Positions 1 through 13,200 of a stretch of 64,000 nt of DNA are shown piece after piece; the stretch's first letter is position 1, and each line of letters opens with the position of its first letter. The stretch lies in contig OZ210885.1 in assembly GCA_964658305.1 (NCBI GenBank), positions 10,602,001-10,666,000 on the forward strand. The letters are read 5' to 3'. A program made the translations under genes and the position numbers. This DNA comes from Leptogorgia sarmentosa. Taxonomy: Eukaryota. Under the pieces are notes generated by a model that worked only from the letters and a program-made list of their open reading frames with translations, did not search any database and was not told where the DNA came from.

Positions 1-2574
1 GCTTTATTTGTGATTTCGTGAACAAAAAAACACCTCAGACACCACTTAGTTTATCTAAGCAATTTGTCATGCTAAAGCGTTTGTTTGTATGTTGTAGTGT
101 TGTAGACTTAAATTTTTCAGACAAGATACTCCTAAAACTAGATAATATCATTTCTAACGTTTTGATCAGAAAAGGTCGGGATCATCAATCATTAACTAGA
201 AATACATATAGGCAGCACAACCCCTCGCCTTACACGCAAAAAAATGCAACTATATTTTTGGAACATGAAGTACTCAAAGTACTGTACTTTAAGTAAAGCA
301 GTGAGAGGTTGTTGTCATGGCAACACGATCGGAATTCAAATTTCTGTATTTTTTTTTAAAACAGTCAAAATATCAGCTTTTATCTTCGTTTTATTGGCAT
401 TTTTTTAAAATTTGGACAACCATTTGTTATCCGCACGTTATTGTGACTAACATAAACTTGAATTTGTTGCGAAATACTACATTTATTTGCATAAAACTTT
501 TTAAATATTCAATTCAATCTTTGATATGAAACAATTTCCAGCCAGACTCCAGTGTTCGCTCGTGTTCTCGGCCAACAATATATTGACGAACTTATCCTGT
601 GTTTCAATCCATGGTCGTTTCGTCCCATTTCTCAGCATTTTATATCTTCCGAGAAGGCTTTTAAAGTCTTACGCACAGATCTTGTCTTTGTTTGCCCTTT
701 CCAAAGCTTTAAGAAGCTCCTTAAAGCTTTAAAAAGCTTCGGCTCTTCATGATAGTCCGCCATTTCTTTGAGATCAGTGATGACCACCCTTCGACGATTA
801 CCTAACCCTAACCCATTAACCGGGTGCAAATAGCCGTGCGGAACTAGAAATACATATATGCAGCAACCCCTCGCCTTACTAACCAAATAATGCAACTATA
901 TTTTTGGAACATGAAGTACTTTAAAGCCGCCTGAGGTTGTTGTCATGGCAACACGAACAGAAATTCGTATTTCTGAATTTTTTTGAAAACTATCAAAATA
1001 TCAGGTTTTATCTTGGTTTTATTGGTATTTTTGGACCAGCAACTGGTCCCCAAACGCTGCTAATCTTGTTGTTGTTGTTGTTGTTGTTGTTAGGGACTGA
1101 TGCCTCTTTAAAAAACCCTAAGGCTCCGTCAATTCGCAAGAGACCGCCGTGAAACTTCACACAGTGATTCTAAGAGATATTCCCCAACGACTGACGGAGT
1201 TAGATTTTTGAGTTTTTGATTTTGAAGAAATTTACAAACGATTTTAACCTGTACCGTATCGGCCCGTACTTAATCGCAATTCACAATATTCAAAATTAGA
1301 TGCATAACTAAAGCAGGTTAAAACCGCTAAGACTTCGTCAGTTCGTATCACATCGCGACAATATTTTGCACAATGATTATCAGGGATATTCTCCATCGAC
1401 TGACGAAGTTAGATTTATGATGTTTAATTTGTAGGAGATTTAAAAGCAATTTTAGATTGTAGCGTAGAGTGCAAATCTTCATATCATTAATATTCATACA
1501 TCTCATTTTGACCTGCATTACTGAAAAATAGTTTCGCAAAGCGCACATGTATCTGCGAATGGCGAAGCAGAACTGACGGATGAGTCGTCGGAAAGCGCAA
1601 TCGGACATGCTAAAAAGTCCAGGTTGCCCTTAAATCTATCACTAAAGTATTGGTTTGCAAGCAATAAATGAACCTAAACTAAAGGTAAGGTACCCCTAAA
1701 TATGAAACTAATCGAACCCCAAAGCTAACGCACAAAATATTAAAACCTAGAACTATACTCAAACAGATTTCCTAAATCAGCATGCTGTCTTATCAAATAT
1801 GATGTTTAGTTAGTGTTGACTGTTCTCATATACAGCATTTCTCACCTTCCTCCTTCGACTCTTTTGTGAAAAATACGAGGAAATTCCTTGCAAAAAAAAC
1901 TTTCTTTGTGCCTCCAATATGCATAAAACTATGGCGTTATACTGAATATCGTGAGTGAGATTACCCAATATCACAAGTAAATGTCATTAAATTATTTAAT
2001 TATATCGTTTTGGCCTTATTTCAATTTTGAACCGCCATCTTGAATATGATTAGATTTAACCTGCGAACAGGAACAACAAAAGCATCTCGCTGCTGATTGG
2101 GCTACTTCAACTGAATGTATCCAGTTTTATATAGCGTGCTGTGACAAAACCATTCATGAGTGGGCCATCTGTACAGTGCTCTGTACGCATTTTCAATTTA
2201 CAAATCGAAACGCCGATAAAACAGCACGCTGCCGTTTCAAATGCTTCGTTAAATTTCAACTGGACATTGACAGGGACCTGCAAAGTCAAGATTGTTTGCT
2301 TAAACCGTCGTACTTAAACATTGCACTTCACATTTTCGCAAAAATCCCATCGAAACATCGCCTTCACTCCTCGATCGCCGCCATCTTGCATTACGTCATT
2401 GTAAACAAAAGCTCGTCGCTCATTGGCTACAAGCTAACAGCTAACAGGGTCATAGCATAGTGTCTGCGAATTCGCAGATACAAAAAGATCAAAATACGTC
2501 AAAGTGAGATCGTGCCATTTGCTTTGTTTCAGGATCAGTTCCTGGTCCAATAGTACAATCGTACTTGTTTTTTA

Positions 2575-3236
2575 ATTTGGTGAACCATTTGTTATCCGTA
2601 CGTTCTTAGCACTAAGATAAACTTGAATTTATTGCGAAATACTGGATTTATTTGCATGAAACTTTTTATTTAAATATTCTTATTTATATAGTCAGTCTTT
2701 GATATATGAGTTTCCGGCCAATGTTCGCTTGTTTTAGGGTAAAATTTGTAAATATTTTGTGAAGCCCTGCATTTAAAAACATAAAATTATACTCTGGAAT
2801 TGAACCGTTAATATATTAAATGCCGCTACGGCCGGCGACCTTTCATACAAATAGTAAATACAAAAGTTCACTGCCGACAAATATTGACGAACTTATCGGT
2901 CCTGTATTTCAATTCATGGTCGTTTCTTCCCCTTTCTCAACGTTTTAAATCTTCTGAGAAGGCTTTTCAAATCTTACAGCGTAGATATTGTCTTTGTTTT
3001 CGCATTTCCAAAAGCTCTAAAAAGCTTTTTAAAAGCTTTGAAAAGCTTTGGCTCTTCATGATAGTCCGCCATATTTTTGAGATCAGTGGTGACCACCCTT
3101 CGACGACGACCCAAATGGCGGCCAAATCGAGCAACTTTGGACTCCGCTATGCTGCCCATTGGCCGGGTGCAAATAGCCGTGCGGAATTATTACCCTCGCC
3201 CCGGGATAACGCCCGGGCGCCGGCGCTTCGCGCCGT
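2575..3236. repeat. Upstream repeat, duplicated at ~415-845; its 3' ~100 bp recurs inverted at 12973-13067
   Basis: Shared AACCATTTGTTATCCG, TTGGCTCTTCATGATAGTCCGCCAT, CCGGGTGCAAATAGCCGTGCGGAA. Confidence 0.75.
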
Positions 3237-3708
3237 TTTCAACGTTTCGAACAAAGGCTCTTTATTGTGAATTCGCGGTTCAGAAGGGGCACATTCTTCA
3301 ATCAAATGTTGTAAAGATGTGCCGGGGCGAAAGGTGTCTTACAAAATTCGTACACGTATTCGTATCACAAAAACGTACCGCGCGTGCGTACATAGAAGCA
3401 AACTGGTATCATTTTGTATGGCACGGCATTTGTCTACTATATTCGGGTTCTCGGCACGGGTAGAAAAACGGCACGAGTGCCAAAAATAGAAATGTTGACA
3501 AGTTGTTAACACATAGAAATTTCACGATGCCGTTCCAATAAAAACCGGCACCCGTAAATGGGCCTTTAGTGCCACGTATTTTGATGTTATCTGCATTTTA
3601 ATGTATGGAGTGCATAAAAATGTTATGAAATTCATTGATTGCAGCTGAAAGTCTTTTTAAATTGCGTATACTTAATTCACGTATATTTTATTTGTAGATC
3701 CCTGTATA

Positions 3709-4297
3709 ATGGAAAGTTACATATCAGATGAAGAATCCAGATGGGTTGTAACAGGTATTTGCCTTACCAAAGTTGTCACTCCCACCTTGAGGAAAGTTGT
3801 CGATGCAGAATTGAAGAGATGGTATCAAGACTTATGTAAGCCACCTGATGAAATTGACAAACAAACTTCTGGAAAGTATAAGAGAACACTTCCGCCATCA
3901 ACCTTTTCCTTACAATATAAAAACATCAACGGCAATAATGTGGGCAAATCTCCCAGTGCATATGACTACGCGGTGAAAGATGCTCTGTCTTTGGCAAAGT
4001 TGTTCGTTCAACCCTTCATGGCAAAGTTTACAGGTTTTGACGATACAATGGATCTTTCTGCTTTACTGACTATCATGTGTGAAGCAGATCCATTCATAAC
4101 ATCTGGTGCCTCAGTGTACGCAAAGAATGTAAGGTCAAACGTGAGAAACGAATGGGCCCATTGTAACTTTCCAAAATGGACCAATGCTTTGTTCAATGAC
4201 GCGATTCAGCACCTGCAATCGTTGGTGAAAAATATAAATTTAACAACTGCGGCTGAAAAAGAAGTGTGTGATGATCTTGAGGATTGGAAAAACAAAG
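3709..4297 (+). CDS. NLR coding exon 1: HEPN-like domain (Rx4H = RNEWAH)
   Basis: Acceptor tttgtag ending 3697 just before the ATG implies an upstream non-coding exon. Helical domain with DLSALL and RNEWAH (R146/H151). Donor AAAG|gtaatg, phase 1. Confidence 0.85.
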
Positions 4298-7200
4298 GTA
4301 ATGATTTAAGTTGCTTATACTTTATCGTATCGTTCGAAGGTGCGATGCTGCAGCTTCCCGCGTGGGAATGTGACCATTTATTGTGTTTCTGATTGATAAT
4401 TTGTGATTGTGTTCACAACAGCAGTGTTGGCAATGTCTTTCCTTAGCGTTTACTGTTATATTTTGCTAAAGTTTAATGACTGTATGCTAATTGTTACGAG
4501 TACACGAGAAAATGCTTCATTTGCTTTTGAAGTCAAACACTTAGCTAAAATCGGAGAATGTAAACCAATGCGCAAAAACAATAATTGTATTGAATAAGTG
4601 AAAAAATGAAAATATAATTAAATTTCGTAACACGCCCTCTTCTAGCGCCAACATTTTAAGGATAAGAAATACATGATGAAGTTTTTATTGACCCCCCTCC
4701 CCCCCCCCCAAAAAAAAAAAAACTGTTGTAAAAACTGTTGTAGGAAAACACAAAAGATCCTGTATTCTTACTGTTGTTAAGTATTATGTGCTGTTGGTCG
4801 TTAACAAAACTATAAAAGACAGTTCATGCCAAAAAACAAAACAAAAAGGGTACTTGAAGATCTTTGTTTATACTTCATTTCTCAGCATGATTGGATTGGA
4901 TTTCACAGACATTTTCGTTTAGATCTTTGGAATTTATAAGGTTCAGAATATCGCTATTAGATTTGAGTGTCCTCAATTTGCTTGTTAAATAAAATCAATG
5001 TGCAAGTGTCTTAAGAAATGCGTAAATATAACATTAAAATGTATAAACTTGACACAACAAATTTTCAGCTATTTAATTTTGAAACATTTTGGTATAATCC
5101 ATCATTTTCCTTCAGTCATTATAGTCACGGATTTTTCTTGTTCGAATTCTTGGTCTATATCGGTCGTGCGTGCAAAAACGTGTTTTCGGACTGAAACATT
5201 TTGGACTATGACTGACAAACCTGTGTCACAAACTTTTGTTTACGTTTTGTCAACGTTTTTAATTAGTTGAACAATCCAAAAAATTTTAAAGTATAAAATC
5301 AATTCATATGCATTATCTCTGTGTTCACCGACGGCACCATGACACATGAAGTATTTCCTGGCAGTTTCTGACATTTTACGAGGTTAAAACAATATGCGCA
5401 GAAAAGATGCGTAGACCGTGACACAGCTGCTTTAATTGCTGACGTATAATACATATCTCGACCAATCTAATCTCTTTTTGTTTCATTAGCTGACATTCAT
5501 TCTTTATTGATAGTTTCAAACGCTTTTGTTGACGGACGATACTCAAAATTAATTAAAGAAAGCTTGTCAGAACTTCGCAGATGTATTGAAAATTGGCATC
5601 TTGAAACAGACACGAAGGTTTGATGAATTTCTATTTTTGTTTTTACAAGCTCAGCATATCTCGCTTTACCGCGGCCATTTGTCGTCTATAATTGCTTACT
5701 AGCTGACCTTTCGATCATGGCGCAGGGTATTTGTGCTATTATGCTATTCGTTTCAGAGCGTAACGGTAAGAATCTTATATCTCTGCAGATGACCGGTGTG
5801 ACAACAAAGCTTGATAATATAGAGTCGAACATTGGTCTAGAGTTACGTGAACTACGCTGCAAAACAGAAAATGTTGAAGAGAAACTTGGTGCTCTTGAGG
5901 AAAAAATCAGGACGATGTGTCATAGTGAAGAAAAACATGAATATTCAGAGATTGCCGAAAATAAAGGTATTATAATTAGCCATTTCCGATTCGAGCAGAG
6001 GACTGAGTCTATTCGCCTGTTTTGGATGGACAAAAATAAACAAAATGCCGAAATTGACAGCTAGGAAGATTTCCTAAAATCTTTCTATAAAACTGCGGTA
6101 TGAGTGCTCAACCAAATAAAAAAGCTTGTGAAGAGCCAACCCAGCTCAACTGCAACGAGAGTGCTTAAATGACAATGTCAGATATTTAAGTTTCATTTTT
6201 CCATTTATGTCAAAATACCGAATTCGTTTATTTTTATTGTCATGTGATCTCGAATTCAGAGTTCAAATATACAAATTATGAGAACTGATGGAACAGAGAG
6301 AGCACAATTGTACTATGCGTTGTGTTCTAGTGTACCCTTATGTTTTCAGCAATTTCCATCCATCAAAGGTATTTGAGGTTAATTTCCATCCTTGAGGTAT
6401 TACAATGAGTCATGTTTATGAAATGAAAAACAAAAGTTAAGACTTTTCTTGTACTAATCACCATGAAAGATATATTTTACCAAAATCGATGTTAAATACA
6501 TGACAACGTTTTGCCTTGCAGTTCTGGTAAAAACTTGTAAAGAGATATCTTTTGAATGAATAATCTCCATGCATTTACTATAAATTTTTTAGGTTCAGTT
6601 GTACTCATCCAGCATAACTCGTTTATTTCCTATCTTAGATTGGTATGGTTTACGCAGTCTACCTCGTGACATGGTGAGAAGACCATCAGAAGTGAACGAC
6701 ATATTGAAGTTACTTACGGAGGGAAATAGTAAAGTTGGTGTGGTGGGAAGTCGCAGCGGTGACGTCGTTGGTATCCGTGGTATGGGGGGTCTGGGTAAGA
6801 CCATCTTAGCTCTGGCTGTCGCATGGGAAGTTTCAGTTTCACGTCAAGTGATATGGCTTGATGTTGGGGAAACTCCTGACTGTTTAGCACTGATTAACAT
6901 CTTAATAAAAGTTCTTGGTGGAGCAAAACCTTTCAGTGTTATCCGTGAAGCACAAGACTGGATTAAAAAGAACACAGTATGTATGCATTCGAATTTTTTG
7001 GGTTCAAAGCCAATTTCAAACAAGCCTTATTTTTATTCTTCCCAGACAAGCTCGTGTAAAGCCCGTTTTCCACTCACATATTTGGCCGCCGCTGGCGAAT
7101 AATTTTGCCACCGACAAATCTCAGTAATTCAGTGGCGAATGAATATAAAACATCATAATTATTCTTGTCAATTTTTTTCGCGAAATAATGTAGTGGAAAA

Positions 7201-10200
7201 TAGGCTTAAGGTTAAAGCATTACCATATTATTTAGATTATTATAAAAGGTACATGTTGTTTAAATAATATGGTATTACTTTACCCGTAACTTGTCTTGGA
7301 GTCCGCTGGGTCGTCCAGGGGTTAGTAACTTATCCACATTTGGTGAGGTTTGTAACTTACGCACTCGCTGAGGCGAACTCGCGATGTCCGAAAACTGTAT
7401 TTCCCGCATTTTCTTCGCTTAAATAAGACCTTTGGGAATTAGCTTGGAATTTGCATTGAAAATTAATGAATATCCAATTATGCATTAAATTAATGGGTAA
7501 TCACGCAGGAAGCAGCGCATAATCCAGTTCTCGCAGTGACAACACTGCGGGCAGCAAATTCAACAACACTTTAATAACTTGTACAACATGCTCCATATTT
7601 CGAGTCGATTGAATCAAAATTCGTGAAAAGAACATAGTTTTTGTGCCCAAGTTATTTTTAAAATGCTCTCCAGCATGAACATTTCCCACTCTGAAAAAGA
7701 AAGGAAAAAGATTTAAATAAACTCAGTGCGAGATGTACCAGAGGGTGTCAATCTGCATAGGTTAACTCAACGTTTTCACAGATTTCGTTAACGCACGTTA
7801 ATTTAAGGAATACTTCATACACTAAACTTTTTTTTGACACGCCCTGTATTTAGTCCTTGTTTCGCTTGGTTGTTCGAGATTCTTGGCTCCGCTGTGTTAC
7901 CCTTGAATTAAAAGTACTATTTAATATATCTTTAATCGGATTTGCATAGGAGTTAATAATGTACGTGGCGCGTTCCTTAAACACTCTCTAAAGTTTTAAT
8001 AAGCTGAAAGGTATAGTCGTACTGCAGTGAAGTCATTTCCAGGCTGTCTAGTGTGAAGACACTCAGCAAAAAGACCATACAGTATCTTACATGTAATATT
8101 TTTCTATCTATTGCAGAGCGATAAAGAATGTCTTGTAGTTCTTGATGATGTTTGGAATGTTAACGACGTTGCTGTGTTTGATACCTTGTCTGAAAAATGT
8201 CAGTTATTGATAACTACCAGAGATGTCAATGTTGTCCGCGGTTCAAAAGGTTTTGTCTACGAAGTCGATATAATGGAACAGGATAAATCTCGAGAGCTAT
8301 TTTTTCAAAGTGCTGGGATTAAGCAAGATGAACTGCCTAGCTTTAGTCCAAAAATGCAGCAAATTATTCAAGAACTATTGAAACAGTGCAAAGGCCTGCC
8401 GCTGGCCCTCTCGCTTGTTGGCTCAAATTTAAACGGCAATCGGTCGAAACAGGCTTGGCAAGATATTTTAGATGGATTTACTACTGATTTGGAAGAACTT
8501 CATTCAGTGGTTGCCACCGACAATTATCCTTATGATAACATCGTTACAGCCATTAATATTAGCTTTGAACGCTTAGAACAATGGGAACAAGAAAAGTTCC
8601 TAGATTTTGGTATATTTCCAGAAGATACAAATATACCTTCAGATGTACTGGAGCTGTTTTGGTCCGCAGAAGGAGCCGGTAGAACATCGTGTGAACCTAG
8701 GAAATCAAGACGTATACTTGATGCTCTTGAAAGAAAATCCATGATTCAAAAAGGTACACGAGCGATGTTTTAGTAAATCCTCACATTAAAATTACTCTAA
8801 ACCGCAAGTCGTGCATTGAATAACTGTCCTTTAAGTCAGAAGTCAAGTTGCAAAACAGTTTTTATGTTTGTATTACTATTTATTAGACAGTTTTAAAAAA
8901 ACGAAAACCTACTGTCCGTTGGATATCGCTTGTCAATGCACCAATGTCAGTAACTGATTGATGCTTGACGTCCCAAAAATCTTTTTTTCAGTACCTCAAC
9001 TTCAAGAGAAGACAAGCTACCGTGTGCATGATTTACTGCTGGATTTTGCCCGGAAAAAACTTAAAGTCACGGGCTCACTAACTGGTGTTCAGCGTTTGTT
9101 TGTGGAGACACTTCGTGGCCAATGCGTCAACGGTGAATGGAATGAAAATTCAACTACCGCGCAAAAAGACTATTACTTCAAGTTCCTTCCCTATCACATC
9201 TCCTCCTCAGAACAACACGGTGAACTACTTCAACTGTTCTTCGATTTAAACTGGCTTCAACAAAAAGTGAAACACATTGACCTACCGTCCGTAGTATCAG
9301 ATTTTCGTTTTTTGGGCACATTGTCACAGGAAACCCAACTCCTCAAATCATCGTTAATGTTTTCTTCCCACGTTATCGAGAAGAATGCTGATTCAATCTG
9401 TCCACAACTGCTAGGTAATAAAATAATGAACTTTATTTTATCAACGTTTCCTATAGTTTAGTTTACTTTTGCATTATCATTACCATTCCATTCTTTCCCC
9501 CATGCTACAGTCGTGGGAAAAAAATTGTAACAGCCCCAAAATCAAGGTGGGAGATTTCACGTAGCAACATTGAATTGGGGGGGGGGTCGAACGTTGGATT
9601 ACAACAACGTTTGTTCAAGATTCAATCTTGAACAAAAGCGTTGTAACTCCCCCCCCCCCCCAAAATCAATGTTGTTGTAAGCCGCTGCTTATTTCCTTTT
9701 CGTAAACGGTCGTTGGCTTCCAAAACGGTCATTACCTTCCCTGCTCACATTTGAATGTTACATAATACATTTCCACTATAAATAGTTTTGTTTTCGAAGA
9801 ATTTCAGCGAGCTCGAAATTTGCTCAGACGGTTAGGCGCACGATGCATCCAAGGGCGTCAATCCTGGGGGGGGATGGGGGGACGCGTCCCCCCCACTTTT
9901 TGAAGTGGGGGGGGACGAATATGTAATTATCCCCCCCCACTTTTTATCATGTTTGAAAAAATTGTTTTTTGGTAATCTTAAAACCCCATGCCTGTATGCT
10001 ATACATCGTGAATTGTGAAGTACAATCAACAATCTGAGATCAGAAGAAAACTATTCGGAGCCTTGGAATAGTTCTGCGAATGAAATCTTAATTGGAAAGG
10101 CAATAAACGGACCTCAGCCACGTACACACGTTCAAATTTGCTTTTGTTTTTATTGATCATTTTATGTACAACTAGTACTGATATAATTGTTAAAGAAATC

Positions 10201-13200
10201 ATTTCATTTGCGATTCAAATCTTTATTGTTTTATTAAAAATAATACGTATTCGAATAATACACATTCGACATCGACAAAAAATTCTCATATAATTTAGGC
10301 AAGAAATTCGGCGGAATTAGTTTTAGTAAAAATCGTTCCTAGAACAATGAAAATGGTATTTGTGCATGATGTTTCAAATGTCAAAATTTTTCGGGGAAGA
10401 TTGCCCCCAGACCCTTCTAGAAAGGGGCACGTTTCATTACTATTTTACAACAGACAGATTTTTGTCTCCCCCCCCCCCCATAGACGTACGAGGCGGAGGG
10501 ACAAGGGGGAAACTGCCCCCCAAAAAATTCAAATAATGAGAACAATCCTCCAGTCGTTCACCTGAACGAGCGTACCAGGAAAGTGGAATTAGGACTCTGA
10601 AATCGCCGTTTCCGGCATTCCAGAGGGTGTTGAATTTCAAAAATTTCTCGCTCGGCGCCAACCATGGTGGCGCCTCGTGACATTCCCTACCTTCAAATTC
10701 GGCAAAGATCTTTCTGCCCCCTCCCTGAAAAAATGTAACCCGTACACTTATGTTCCCCCCCACTTTTTGGAACGGATTGACGCCCTTGGATGCATCTCTC
10801 GCAGTTTTATAGTTCAGGCCCCAGTTCGACGCTTATTCGTGCTATAGTGATTTAAAGTTAAAACATTTTCCCAATATTTTCCCGACTTTTCTTTTTCGGG
10901 TTCAGGATCTGGGCAAAACTGTCATAAACTAGGCAAAAAGCGAGCTAGAAGATTTTTCTGAAGATTTTTGAGTAACACTTAATGAGTTTCTTTGGAAAGA
11001 CAGTTTTATTGGTCTTTCCGGCGCTGATTAAAATGCTTGCTAAGAATTAACGCAGCTAAAACCCGTTGAGTTATTTAGACGTACGCTTGTCAATGAAAAT
11101 AAAATTCAGAAATAGCAAGGGAAATATGTTTCAAAACAAGCATTCATATGCGACGTTCTGGAGAGGAGGTGAAAACAGCCCAAATACCGTCCTCAACAGA
11201 ACATGTGCGACGTCCTAGACTCAACCGGAAGTAAAAAATCCCTCATGCCACGCCATTTTCACGTCCTCGCTGGCTTCGCGTCGTGTTTGCTAATGCCCTG
11301 CAATGTTTTGTTGCGATTTCACGTGTCAACATTGAATTCTGGACAAAAGAGTTGGATTTACAACAACTTTTGTCCAGGATTGTATGCCTCAGCTTGCTAT
11401 GGAATGTTCTTTCTTGGCCTTTGTTGCTCCGTAATTTTCCCTTACGTGCACAATTCTTACGTTGTCTTAGGGGGTGTTTATATGGAGGCGAGCCAGCCCG
11501 GGTACCCGAGCTAGCCCGCTTAGGCGAGCTGATTTCATCTCGCGTTTACTTTCGAGGCGGGCTGACTCGCCAAAACAAACTACTGGTCTCATCGTTATAA
11601 ATAGCAATATTTTCTTACAAACGGGAAATGCACACTTTTGAAAGCTAATTTCCCAGTTATAATTCACAAAATCGTTTACCGAGACCTTTTAAGATTGAAA
11701 TATGCCGAAAAAATCTAATTTGTATCAGTATATTTGCTCGAAAAGCGAAATAAGACCCAGCCCGCTTAGGCGAGCCAGCCCGGGTAATTGCGTTTATATG
11801 GAAATTTTCCAGCCCGCCTAGGCGGGATCCCGCTTTCGCAAAGCGAGATCTCGCCTAGGCGGGCCAGCCCGGTTCCCATATAAACGCAAGATGAACATTA
11901 CTATAAATTATATTATGACATTAGGTCTCGCTTAAGCGAGCCAGCCCGGCTACCCGGGCTAGCTCGCCTCCATATAAACACCCCCTAACCTTCCCTTCCC
12001 TTGTCTTGTCTTACATTGCGTCACGCGCAACCAGAACCTGTATTATTTGGATACAAACTGAATATAAAAAACCAACCCGGCGTAATCATGGGTATTCCAT
12101 AATGTACTCATCTTCGGGTAAAGGAAAACATCTGCCCAAGTCTGGCAAACAGTGCACTAATCACTTCACCTTAACCTGGCTTTACACAACCATAAACTAT
12201 CAATGAAGCTTGACCGAAGTTTCATGTTGTGCGATAATAGAACCAGTAACGATGTAATTGAGTTCCCTGAAACAATCGTGCGGTTGAAAAATACTTCAAA
12301 GGTATTATGGATTGCAGAGAAGAGCGACTCGACGGTTCGAGATTCCTCGCTGGCTTATAAGAAAATAAACGGGCTGACACCATTTATGTATGTCTTACAT
12401 TAGGAATTTTTTAAAAGCCAACTTTGATATTCGCACGAGATCTACTCGATTCTCAAACTGAATTTTCCTATGGCCCCATTATGTGAAAATCACTGAATCG
12501 CGACGAAGAAATGAAAGGTTTTGAAAATTCGTCTAGTATTAATGTTCAATTATTGAAGCAGAGATTTGTGTTATCTGCAGACGCAAAGAGCTGATAATTC
12601 CGCATTTCCTACGAGAGCCGAATTCAACAATATTATAGACAATTCCCATTGTAGACGAGATTTTTGAAATTAATGTCGTATGTGAGTTTTCAATATACGA
12701 GAAAATTACGACCAAATGTCATATAGGTTTTTTGGCGAACGGATATAACCATTTCATACACAGCTCTTAACCAATCAAAACTCTTCAAAGAAATAATATC
12801 GTAATTTTGTTATATAATAAACAATTATTGGATGAGGCTGAGCATGATATCAAGAATTATTCAGACCAAGGTCAATGTTATCTGCCGAAGCGAAACTGAG
12901 GCGTATAACATTGACCGAGGTCTGAATAATTCTTGATATCATGCGAAAGCCGAATCGAATAATCCCCGAGCCACGGCGCGAAGCGCCTTTCGGGCGTTAG
13001 CCCGGGGCGAGGGTAATAATTCCGCACGGCTATTTGCACCCGGGTAATGGGCAGCATAGCGGAGTCCATTGAACTATATATAACTGGAAGGCTACCTTCA
13101 TATTAACGGGAACGAAAAAATTGAAGCCAAAATTTTGCGTGGAATTACCCCCAGACACGCGTGTCTGATCGCAGATCAGATCACCTCCATGAAACCATGA

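Noticed and set aside
18..3463. Short ORFs upstream of the gene, and similar short ORFs in introns
   Set aside because: No motifs, mostly non-ATG starts, and they overlap repeats; consistent with chance.
6593..6638. Earlier acceptors (6593, 6599) for exon 4
   Set aside because: They are phase 0 whereas exon 3 ends in phase 1; only 6639 keeps the frame.
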